Shown piece after piece: positions 1 through 10,660 of a stretch of 64,000 bases of DNA (positions within the stretch are counted from its first letter, which is position 1; each line of letters opens with the position of its first letter). Source of the stretch: Nageia nagi (Eukaryota; Plantae; Pinophyta). The position numbers were made by a program, and so were the translations under genes. Location of the stretch: positions 111,414,001 through 111,478,000 of the forward strand of contig JBITNC010000001.1 of assembly GCA_050084985.1 (NCBI GenBank). Direction: 5' to 3'. The notes beneath the pieces are model-generated. The model worked only from the letters and a program-made list of their open reading frames with translations, did no database searches and was not told where the DNA came from.

Positions 1-591
1 CTATGCTTTCTCCTCATCGCTGTTCCTCGTCCCATCCATGGTTTGCAGGGACTTGTTGGCTATCCCAGGGGGTGATTTGACCGGATTTTACCTGGCGTGA
101 CTTTGTTCCATCATATCCGACCGTGGATCCGATCTGGCTTGCCCCGCTACTAATTGATCTACTCAGCGCTTGTTCAGCCGTTGCATCTGCCTTCTTGGCT
201 TCGCTTCCTTTGATGAGAGCACAACACGAGCATCTTTTGAAGCGAACATTTTTTCAAAAGCTTCAACCGTCAACAACCATGCGTTCCTAATACCTCTAAC
301 TCCATAGATGCCACCCCATACCTGCTTGAACTTCTCTGAGGCCCAAAATTTTCTCATTTGGCTGTAGTGACATTTTGTTGTGGAATCCAAAGAGAAAGTT
401 GCACCTTACACAAATCCCTTCGAGAGGCTGGCTGCGAATACCAATAAGCCGCTCTCTGCTCCCCACGCGCGCAGGAACCTGCACCACCCAAATTTAGTAG
501 CAATGGTGCCTATCCATATCGAACAACCAGGTTCAACAGTTGCCACAGTCCCCGCACTTGTATTTCTTGTTCCTCGCTGCCCATTACCCAT
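1..591 (-). pseudogene. decayed antisense ORF in the retroelement
   Basis: ORFs 406-591 and 163-390 (also 643-831) share one frame, which continues to position 1 with only isolated stops; GC-richer than the flanks. Confidence 0.4.
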
Positions 592-1136
592 TTATGGTGG
601 CGCCTGCGGCCCACGCCTTCTCCTCTCTCCTCACCTACTCCCTCACCTACACCACGAAAGTTGATCCCTCTTTTGATTCTTCTCCTCTCTGCGCCTTGAA
701 ATCTTTTGCCGTCGCCCATTTTTTTTGACTTTGGCACTTTTACTAAATACAAATTCCATTTCTGTGACCACTACCTTAGTATAATATCCCACTTGATTGC
801 GTTGTGATAATGACCAATTTGACTTTGGCAAATGGAATCACATTAATTGAGCAGAGCTGTTAAAAGCAAACTTGGTGCCTATATGTACTCTTGTATCAAT
901 TGATGGAGAGCGAGAGTGTAGTTTTGCCAAAGTGGATCCTTATTATTGAAGTAATCATGCGCATCTTCAACTACAAGCGCCTCTTGCACCTATTCATTTG
1001 TTTTGTTTGCCCACCGTCTATTTTTTAAGGGATTCCTATCTTCTTGACCTCTTTACTCAATGTTTTTTAGAGGATCTTATTTTTTATAGGGGAGTATTTT
1101 ACTTAATGCATCATTAAGGGGGAATTTTTTTAAGAC

Positions 1137-1560
1137 AATGCGTATTTTACTTACTTTCTTGGTGATAAAAGCTTAAAGACTTTAAGTTGAATATTTTTAA
1201 GTCAAAATGCGTATTTTACTTTTTTGATGATAAAAGCTTAAAGACTTCAATTCAATATTTTTAAGTCAAAAATGCATGCTTATGACTTAAAACTTTTTTA
1301 TGCATACATAAGGTATTTTTATGCATGCTTATGACTTAAATTTTTGAAAATTCATGCTTATAACTTCAATTTTTAAGCATGCTTATAACTTAAAAATGCA
1401 TGATTATGTCTTTTAAATTCTAGTTCTTATGAAGAAATAATGCATGCTTACTTTTATTTTGGATTGATGCATACTTCTGTAAGTTAATGATGCATACTTA
1501 TGGGATTGATGTATGCCTTTATGCACAGTTAATGGACTTATGCAAAATAAAGATTGATGT
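1137..1560. repeat. degenerate AT-rich tandem repeats (atgcatgcttatgacttaaa-like) plus a ~70-bp duplication
   Basis: aatgcgtattttact...gataaaagcttaaagact occurs twice (about 1137 and 1206); many atgcatgcttat(g/a)actt copies follow. Confidence 0.7.
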
Positions 1561-2422
1561 AAAGATGTCCTTTAGGGGTTAGTAACAAAACCCATTGAAC
1601 ACTTAGGTTTTGAGTTATTAAATGGATGATGTTTTACTTATGCTCTTTTATTTTATGTTTCGCATTTTGATTTGTTTGCTTATGCAAACAAAAACATAAA
1701 CATTGATATGAGCAACCCCCTAAAATGAACACATCCGCACGTACATTCCGCAACATGACTTGTTTAGAGAGCCACGAGGTGAGAACAGGCGGACTGGAGC
1801 TTTTAAGTCTGATGATCCAAGTGGTGAAAAGTCCATACTACTTAATTGCCCCTAAGTCCTCTATTGGTCTGGATTTAACTCCAATAGATGGATAGGTATG
1901 TGTGTAGTGATACCACATATCCGCATGTCCATTTAGGGATTACTTAATAACCTAGGAGGACAAATTGAAACCTAATCAAGATTAATAATTTGGCCGATCC
2001 AATAAATGTCGAAACCTTGGAAAATAGCTCGTACATCTCCTTGTAAGAGTATATTGCTGCCCAAAGGGGACTGGTTGAGGATTGGTAGGACCTGGGCTCC
2101 TCTTGTGTGGGCATCTAGGTGAAGACCTAATTTTAGACAAGGCAACAAGCCTCAACAATGTCACTTTATATTCAATGGTGTTCTTTTTTATGCTGTGCTA
2201 TGGTGATTTGTTCTACAAGCACAAGGGTTCGTTCATCCTTATTTACTAGCATTATTCTGTTTTATGTGCATCATTGTTTACGATGTCTTTAAATTAAAAT
2301 TATTGTATTTGTGGCTTATCTTGAGAACTTGGAACTTTATCCAATAAACGATTTAATACAAGATAGAAACAAAAATAATATTTCTGAAAAGTTCCATTCA
2401 CATGCCCGAGTGGATAGCCAAA

Positions 2423-2986
2423 CTAAGTAGAAGTATGATCGGGAAAGTTGGAGTTAGAACTCTTAAGATCAGTGATAGGAAAACTAGGTATATGGAATAA
2501 CGCATCACGAGTAATTAGGGAAAAACGACACCTGATGTCGAAAAATGGGTAGTACATCCATTGATCCCCTTCTCGCGTTAGTCGTGCAACATAAGTGGAC
2601 TCCCAATGAAGATCTCGTCGCCATACTATAAGTGCAACAGTATAAGGGTGACAATCCTCATGAGGATACAACCTTGAAGGACCTGCATAGTGCAGAAAAT
2701 GGAAGACAAAAGGTGTCCACGAATAATAAAGAATGATCTTCCATGTCCAGTTCGGACGACAGATAAGTGTGAGTATCAGACGCAACTGCTCGGCATCCTC
2801 CAAGTGATGGATAAAGCAGATGGCCCATCGACAGAGACTTCGATCACCTTGTATGCGAACTAGGTTTTGTCACACTGCAGTCTGCAGTGCAGTGTAAGCA
2901 CGTTGTAAGACTCGACTTTGAAGACGTTGATAAAGAACGTCTTGGGAAAGATCCGCACGTAAACCTTGGAAAATGGTCATATCCAT
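2423..2986 (-). pseudogene. retroelement accessory ORF-A, 187 codons, F-box-like N-terminus, one internal TGA
   Basis: ATG at 2986: MDMTIFQGLRADLSQDVLYQRL... A single TGA at 2870-2872 (likely CGA>TGA), then open to 2423. Collinear paralog of ORF-B; TATA ctataaat at 3068-3075. Confidence 0.75.
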
Positions 2987-3237
2987 GATGACTAACAAAG
3001 TGAGTCAGCTCTCTCTGAAGGTTTCATACATAAGTGAAAATGATGATGATCAACTAAAATACAATGAATTTATAGAATTCCAAACTAACTTGATCATCAA
3101 TAATCAATGGGAACATCAAAATGGATCAACCATACAAACGCAATAACCAATGTGACCTTGTCCTTTACTTTATTAAAATGCTAGAAAAGATTCCCACTGA
3201 CAAGCCCAAGTGGGTGGCACTTACGGTTTGATTAAAG

Positions 3238-3804
3238 CTAGTCTAGTACATGGTCACCAAAATGCGAAGAATTAGCATCATCTTCAAATATGCTAGAACC
3301 GGATGTGTTCAATCCCAAAAGATATTGATGTGAAAGAGGTGAAAAGTGATAAGTAAATGAAAATCGATGGCACAAAATACGATGTTCACCTCGCCAAGCA
3401 ATGCGAAAAGAGTACGTGGATGACCATTGAAGCCAATGATGACAAACTGCCCACGCAATAATGAATAGTTCAAAATACTCCTATGAATGTAGGGAAGGCG
3501 GTCCAGTGTAGTGTACAAATTGCAATAGATAGTGATTGAACGAAGTATAAACCATTATACACCATGTCCAATCAGGCCGACTAAGCAAATGAAATAATCG
3601 GTGAACATGATCCTCATGATTGAGTCGAAGAATCATGCAAATACCATAATGATCGTCTGGGTACAATTGCAGAAATACTAATCGTTTTTGCAATAAAACC
3701 TCAGATGCGATCAAAGCACAATTTTCTAAAGCTGCATGAACATTGCGATGCACTATGTTATCTTGGAGATCACTTGGTAGGGCATGAAACTGAGACACAT
3801 CCAT
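3238..3804 (-). pseudogene. retroelement accessory ORF-B, 188 codons, F-box-like N-terminus, one internal TAG
   Basis: MDVSQFHALPSDLQDNIVHRNV... A single TAG at 3481-3483 (likely CAG>TAG), then open to 3238. Shares RP(N/D)WTW, HYxGP, WxSTY and FxDH with ORF-A; TATA tataaatag at 3867-3875. Confidence 0.75.
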
Positions 3805-4102
3805 GACGAATAATAGCTCAAATCATAAATGCAAAGTGTCGAATGACAAGCGAGGGTCATTTACGACTATTTATAATGCATATGATTTGATATATTCAAC
3901 CTATAATAATTATGCCAACTGGAGAAAAAGATTTGCAACGATAAAATATCTCACCTACCACTCATGTAATTGAGTGAAGTCATATGCATCATGTCATGTC
4001 AGGACGGCAATAATAATAGTACCACTCAGTTGCGTAATGACTAAGTCATCATTGTGCTATTTTTAATCTCTTCTTTTAACTATTAAATTGGATAGTTTAC
4101 TC

Positions 4103-4690
4103 ATGAACGATAGGTTGATCGTCATGACTCCTATAGAGAATTTTATTGCACACATGGGAAGTTCTTCCCTAAGTTCTGACATAGAAACAAACATATGGGC
4201 AGACTTAGAGAATGCCTACCTTCGCCACGAACTGGCTACCACAAAGGCTGAGATGGAGATAATGGGCCAATGTTATGATATGCTACAACAAGCGAAAGCT
4301 GTATGTATACAACATTACCATGAACTCTTGGCTGAGCACAATAAACTATTGGCTGAAGAAAATATATGTCAATTACAAGCCAAAGAGATTGAGACACAAC
4401 TTAAGCACAATCCAAGCTATAGCCACTATGGAATACGACAATTAAAAAAAAAGTGGAAGCAACAGTCCTTCCAGTATAAAGCTATCCTTCGACACTTTGG
4501 TATTCACATTCTAGAGGACATAGCATCTCAACCTTCTATGGGTCCTGCCGAAGTTGACCCACAATCTCAGCAATCAGCCACTTTGGTATGGAATGGACAT
4601 TCCTACACCAAAATCATGCGTCCTTTATTCACCAAGCCTCGTTCTGAAGTAGGGTTGGTGAAATATCCCTCCAAGGGGAGTATTAGTTGA
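4103..4690 (+). CDS. retroelement accessory ORF-C (~195 aa, coiled-coil)
   Basis: Uninterrupted ORF divergent from ORF-B. N-terminal LSSDIETNIW resembles LPSDLQDNIV of ORF-B; heptad-like E/Q/K/L-rich middle. Confidence 0.55.
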   Translation: MNDRLIVMTPIENFIAHMGSSSLSSDIETNIWADLENAYLRHELATTKAEMEIMGQCYDMLQQAKAVCIQHYHELLAEHNKLLAEENICQLQAKEIETQLKHNPSYSHYGIRQLKKKWKQQSFQYKAILRHFGIHILEDIASQPSMGPAEVDPQSQQSATLVWNGHSYTKIMRPLFTKPRSEVGLVKYPSKGSIS

Positions 4691-4987
4691 ATTCTTATTG
4701 AATGGTTTATTGGCTATTGTAATCTATATATAGACTTTTCCAAATCCAAGCAAGTTTTTGATGAAACAACTACAGCTCTGTTCATCTACATTTTGTTGTT
4801 ACTTCCATATTGGGAAGATGGATCCATTTTTGATGGATTATGTTACATTACTAAATCCAAGTCTCTTTTGTTGATGGCATCGTTACATGCATCTTTCGTT
4901 GACTATGTACTGTATCGTGTTGATTTTGTTGTACACCTTTGTGGTATGTTCGCTCTGTGTGAAGAACTTGTACAACTTGGGCCTATC

Positions 4988-5292
4988 TTGCACTGTTCAG
5001 TTATCCATATGTGAAGAACTTTTATGTCTTTTGGCACTGTTCAGTTATCCATATGTGAGAAACTCATATGTGCATACTCTATTTTTGGCCTCTCTTGCAT
5101 TGTTTAGTTATCCATATGTGAGGAACTCATATGTGTCTTTTGGCACTGTTCAGTTATCCATATGAGAGGAACTCGTATGTGCATATTCTATTTTTGGTCA
5201 TTCTAACATTGTTCAGTTATCCATATGAGAGGAACTCTTATGTGTCATTTGGCACTGTTCAGTTATCCATATGTGAGGAACTCGTATGTGCA
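4988..5292. repeat. tandem array of 6 copies of cactgttcagttatccatatgtgaggaac, alternating ~45/~63-bp spacing
   Basis: Core near 4988, 5032, 5095, 5141, 5204 and 5250, i.e. a ~108-bp dimer three times. Confidence 0.9.
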
Positions 5293-5337
5293 TGCTATCT
5301 TTGTAATGATAATCAACACATGTTTTATATACAGCAG

Positions 5338-5938
5338 GTGACTATAAGTTTTGGCTTGGCATCCTCCGTGATGACTTATAGTGCAACATAAATCCAAGTA
5401 TCTTTCACTGACTATAAGTATTGGCTTGGCATCTCCGTGATGACTTATAACGCAACATAAATCCAAGTATCTTTCGTTGACTCCAAGTATTGGCTTGGCA
5501 TCTCCGTGATGACTTATAGCGCAACATAAATCCAAGTATCTTTCGTTGACTCTAAGTATTGGCTTGGCATCTCCGTGATGACTTATAACACAACTTAAAT
5601 CCAAGCATCTTTCGTTGACTATAAGTATTGGCTTGGCATCTTCGTGATGACTCATAGCGCAACATAAATCCAAGCATCTTTCGTTGACTATAAGTATTGG
5701 CTTGGCATCTCCGTGATGACTTATAGTGCAACATAAATCCAAGTATCTTTTGTTGACTATAAGTATTGGCTTGGCATCTCCGTGATGACTTATAGTGCAA
5801 CATAAATTCAAGTATCTTTCGTTGACTATAAGTATTGGCTTGGCATCTCCGTGATGACCTATAGTGCAACATAAATCCAAGTATCTTTTGGTGACTATAA
5901 GCATTGGCTTGGCATCTCCGTGATGGCCTATAGTGCAC
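5338..5938. repeat. 69-bp tandem array, ~9 copies
   Basis: ttggcttggcatc recurs at about 5351, 5421, 5490, 5559, 5628, 5697, 5766, 5835 and 5904; units highly similar, no spacers. Confidence 0.95.
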
Positions 5939-6845
5939 TCGTTGCCACACTTTCGATTATTTACATATTGTTGATGAAATTTGAATCATTTCAATTGATT
6001 CATGCTACCAATTTCATCATTTCCCTTTTAACTAGTAGCATGGTTAAGCTGGACTTCTAATTATCATATCTTGACTCACTCTTGGTAAAGTCAAGTGTAT
6101 GGCACCTTGTGGCTTTATGCATCTTAATGTGGTACTTAAGATGGCCTTTTGTGCCTTTTGGTATTTGTGTTGCCTTTATATCTTGCCATCCTTAATGGTC
6201 CCGTTGGCATATCTTCATGGCATGCTCCATGTCACATTGTCATACATGTATTTGTTTGATGAAGTTGTCATCAAGGGGGAGAAAATGTCCGATTGGTTAT
6301 ATTATTGTGATGACACCCCTCATATAAAACAAATACAACAACAAGAAACAACTGCATATCAATTGGTTAATAGTGCACATGTCTTGATATATGCACGTGA
6401 TATTCTTAGATATCATAGTTGATGATTTATGTCATCCTTGTTGTGCATTTATGATTTCTTGACATCTTCATATGCTTTATTATGATCAGTGTATGGATAG
6501 TGTGATTCATCTATCCTTGTTGATATGAATATGATATATCTACCTGATCTTGTTATTTGAGCTACTTATGACTTGCAAGTTCTTTTGAGATTGCAGGTTG
6601 CTTACCTCAAGTATGCAGACTCTTTGAGACTCTTCAGACTTCCAGTTGAATGACTACTTCATATACATTGAAACCAGTTGTGGTTAATGATTGTATTTGG
6701 TAAAGTAGAGTCTCAAACTAGATCTTTCTTACTTCACAAATATGTAAAAAGTTCTCATCTCCATTGTATCTGTTTGGAGAACTCTCTTACTTTCTCTTCT
6801 TCTTCTCTCTTTCTCGCTTTATCCCAATATTGCATTAAGGGGGAG

Positions 6846-7307
6846 TGTTGGAATGTATAATGCATTATTGTAAATAGATGTATTAAATGTTCTATGTAAA
6901 TTCACTAATAAGGTATTATTTGATACCTTAAGTATTTTAGTGAATATAATAATGTAACTTGTCCTACACTCCAAGTCATGAGCATGCCCCTTGGGTCAAA
7001 GATATGCATGTCATGCTTAGGTCATCCAAAGAGAGATTTTGGCCTATAAATAGAAGGCTCCCTCTTTGTAATGACACCAATTGTAGAGTAAGGATATGCT
7101 ATAGGATAGAAGTGTAAGAGTTGAGATTAGGAGAATTGTAAGAGAGTTGTATTTGTGACAGAAGTAAAGATCTAGTTAGTGGATGTACTCCTAGTTGGAG
7201 GAACCACTTTACATCTTGTGTTGTGAGATTGCTTTGTGTATTTGTTGGATGTAATTGTGAGCTTTCATGTGATCTTGGTAGTTATATTGTTAATGTTAGT
7301 TCCTTCA
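6846..7307 (+). repeat. 3' LTR (~460 bp)
   Basis: Starts tgttgg right after the PPT; TATA ctataaatag near 7044; copia-type stem-loop gtggatgtactcctagttggaggaaccac near 7179-7207; ends ccttca. Confidence 0.75.
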
Positions 7308-8870
7308 AGCTTCTCTGAAGATTATTGGTTCTATTTGGATGTGATACAACAAATAGCTACTCGCTTACAAGAAGTGAGAAAGGAGGTCACCAAGATTAAT
7401 GACAAGGCCAACTCAAGCCTAGAGCGGATGGATTTCGAGGTTAGGTTTCTGGAGGAGGATACCACCATCAGGGAGGCAGACTTGGTAGTTGCAAAAGTCA
7501 GACATCTACTCCAAAGCCTATTCATAACTGAGGATGTCAACAGATACCAGACTGGAAGCCACCTTAAGCACATGTTGAGAGATCATGACTGGAAGATTGA
7601 GATGTAGACGTTGATCGCCAAGGTCAAGCGTTGTGTAACCAAGAACAAATCCAAGACCTCAGAGATGATCTGCGGGTTGGAATTCATAGCAAAGTTCTTG
7701 GATGAGGACTTTGAGGATCGAGTTCCGGCCTTGGGGCCACCATCATAGATTTTATTTTATTCTAATTTATTTTTCAAGAAAATGTGTTAATTTTATGCAA
7801 AATACTTTTATTATCATTATTTTACTCCCAAAATTGTGATGGATGAGCATTTGGTCCCACAAGTTCGAAAAAGATCTTGTAACGCCATGTGGCACGTTTA
7901 TATTGGACCAACTTTTATTTTCTCGTTATACGTAATTAGGGTTAGGAAAACATTTAGGGTCGCCATGAAAACTATTTATACTCCTTATGGGCTCATGTGT
8001 AAGTGGGTCAGACATTTTAACATATTGGAAAGAACTTTGCTTGAAACACACAAATTCTCTAAAATTTGTTAATGTGGTGTATTTGTATTAGACTATTTCC
8101 ATATGCTCTCATGTTGTGATGATAGATACAAATGAATGATGATAGTGCTATCTAGTTGATTCTATTGCTGCTTTGTGTTATCTCATGTCACTTGTTGTAT
8201 CTTGTAAACCTTGTGTAAGGTGGACAAGAGAGTGCTTGCTTATCCTTCGAAGTGGTTGAATGACATATTGTTAGTAATACTTTATCATCTACAATTCAAG
8301 TTTGAATATCTTGGAATGTCTTGTTCATGTCGTTCATTGTAGGAACTTCACCCCAATCACCAAAGATTACCTCCATCCCATCCTTCACCATCTTTGCCAC
8401 AGCTTCACGCTCCTTCCACTAGACCATTCGTGTTGTTGGCTAGTGGGTCGGATCAAGGGTACGTGGAACCTATGTCGAGCCTGAACAAGTCAACTTTCAA
8501 GACCTTATCGAAACCCGTGAGTATGCATGCTTATAGTCACATCCTCGTATCCATTGTCTCTCCACCAATTTTTCTTTTATTTTTCATTTTCTTTGCATGG
8601 CTTTCGCACTCATTTGTTTCCTTTTAGCATTTTTTGGAACAGCACTGTTGAACCACAGGTATAACTCAAAGTCCCTTGAATCCACACATGATATTGATGT
8701 TGGTGGCAGCTTCAAACATTTCAACCATTCCTTGAGTCTTATTCTCGCAACATAAGTGAAGTGACCTTTGGGGTAACCAGTCCCCATAGCAGGAAGGAGT
8801 AACGTCTTTTCACCTGAGGTGTTGGCATTTTTTTCACTACTTTAGGGTAGGAAAGAAAAACCACCCAACA
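7308..8870 (+). mobile_element. 3' remnant of the ORF-bearing giant-LTR family (related to 35635-40746 and 23311-26192)
   Basis: ORF end FLDEDFEDRVPAL resembles MVENFEDGVALL near 36200 (-). 8200-8280 matches 35640-35720 (-). Terminus ggtaggaaagaaaaa..caaca is shared with 26168-26192. Confidence 0.65.
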
Positions 8871-9047
8871 GATAGTTTACATTCCCAATGTTTTCATTCA
8901 TATGTATAGTTCTATAAGTTACAAGGAAAACCTTCCACAATTAAATTTCTTTAAAAATTACACTGATTCACTGTGCATTAAATTGAAATACAATTCCATG
9001 GAACTTAAAATCAACCAAATTAAAGTTTTCATGTAGTAGGAAATTAC

Positions 9048-9113
9048 CTGCCAAAAGACTTGTACAATTGCAAACAGAGATGTACTAATTATCCATGGAG
9101 CCAAATGAGAAGC
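9048..9113 (-). CDS. DHHC S-acyltransferase exon (TM4)
   Basis: tttgcag|GCT TCT CAT...TGG CAG|gtaatt gives ASHLAPWIISTSLFAIVQVFWQ, a hydrophobic helix; phase 0/0. Later exons lie left of the window. Confidence 0.85.
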
Positions 9114-10289
9114 CTGCAAATAGTATCAGAAATAATGCATCTAAAGCAAGTGCACTGATTGTGAAATAATCAAAACAGAACATAATGACATATCAACAAA
9201 GCTATAAGTTGTTATGTACAATAAAACAATGCATAGTCTTAAATTATGATCAAGTAAATTTTATAGTGATTGTATCTTATTAGCAACAACTACTCAAGGA
9301 AGTAATTTCAATTACAATATCATCAACATATAGATTAAAACCATGGTGAGAGAAGAAACGTGTTTTCTTCTCAAAGATAAATTAAGAGAATGGGGCACTG
9401 AAAAGACATTTCAAAACAAGGGGAAATATATGTCTGCTTATGTATTCAACTTTTTATCTTTTAAAGAGCCCCATGTACACAAGTTAGAATATCAAAAACC
9501 ACAAGCTATGTACAAGAAGGGTGGCTAATTTTATTCCTCTACAACCCATTTTTTCTTTCTACTAGTGTATGGCATCCTTGCACCCTAAGTCACCCAATTG
9601 AGAATAGAGCTTTCCTTCATTTTTATGGAAACTAAACCTTTCTCATAACACAAAGCCAACATCCAACTTGAAACAGAAGAACAATGAGACTTGAAAGGTC
9701 AATGCTATTCTTTGTCAATGTACATGTCGAGAATTTTCCAGCAATATAGCATGCCTGTAGTTGGCTAAAAGTTTAAAACATGATAGTATAATCATTTTCA
9801 ACTCTTCTTTGTTTATTTTCTGACATAAGTTATTTTGACCACAATGCAGTCAACACACCTCAAAAGAAATATGGGTCAAATACAATTCATTTTCAAGTAT
9901 ATTTTAATGTGATACTTTTCCCTTTAACCCATGTGTAGGAGAGAAAAAGACTCCTTCAAATGTGCCTCCATTTCTGCAAAAACATGATGGTGACATCCAT
10001 AATACTGCCCAATGAAGTGAAAATGACCAATGTCCCAAAAAGGTAAGTGCATTTTATCTTTTAAACTAATAGATGTGGATAACATTGAAGAATCTGTTAT
10101 TGATTAAATCAATAAATGATGTCGGTATCAATGTGACTTGTGAAAGTAACTGCATCCTTCAACCACACGTATTGTTGACATCATTTGATTAATTTTTGGC
10201 ATCCCCAATTATGGGACCCAAACAAACAAGGATCATTGGTCAAGGATGTGCAGAGGTAATGTGAGTTGGAAGCCTCTGACAGATGGCTG

Positions 10290-10660
10290 GATCAGATTGA
10301 AAATTGAATTTTGATGGGGCTTCCAAATGCAACCTGGGCAAAAGCTGGTGGTAGAGGGATAATTGGAACAGTGGAGGCATAGTCTAAGCAGCTTACTATA
10401 AAAACTTTGGCAACTTTTCTGAGGGCTTATGATATGCTTCCATTTTAAGATTTTGAGTTCATCTTGAAAGAGATTCAATGGTGGTAATCAAGGCTCTCAA
10501 GAGTCAAAACAGTGGAAAAAATATTATTTCGAATCAATTAATAATGTCACTTAGCTTCATTTTATCTAGATTTGACAGAGTTATCATTACACACACTCCA
10601 ACTGCAGGTGATAGGGCTGCTGATATACTTGCAAATGCAGGTGCCAAATGTCTGGTTCCC
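10290..10660 (+). pseudogene. LINE-type RNase H-like (RVT_3) remnant
   Basis: Fragments (K)LNFDGASKCNLG, DSMVVIKAL and HTPTAGDRAADILANAG, with frameshifts. Confidence 0.6.

Larger units (their letters stand above)
1..7307 (+). mobile_element. 3' part of an LTR retrotransposon (probably Ty1/copia-like) with a long accessory region
   Basis: PPT aagggggag at 6837-6845 directly before a TG...CA LTR. More PPT-like A(A)GGGG(G)A motifs near 1088, 1116, 4673 and 6273. No pol visible. Inserted into an older ORF-bearing element that resumes at 7308. Confidence 0.7.

Noticed and set aside
3181-3218. Helitron 3' end (hairpin plus CTAG) after ORF-B
   Set aside because: The CTAG is not followed by T, it is absent from the paralogous ORF-A motif, and no 5' TC end or Rep/helicase was found.
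5338-5938. 69-bp array as a CRISPR array
   Set aside because: The units are contiguous with no unique spacers, there are no cas genes, and the context is a eukaryotic retroelement.
5263-5950. 213-aa and 132-aa repeat ORFs as real genes
   Set aside because: Openness follows from a stop-free unit that is a multiple of 3 (69 bp). Two frames are open and there is no independent coding evidence.
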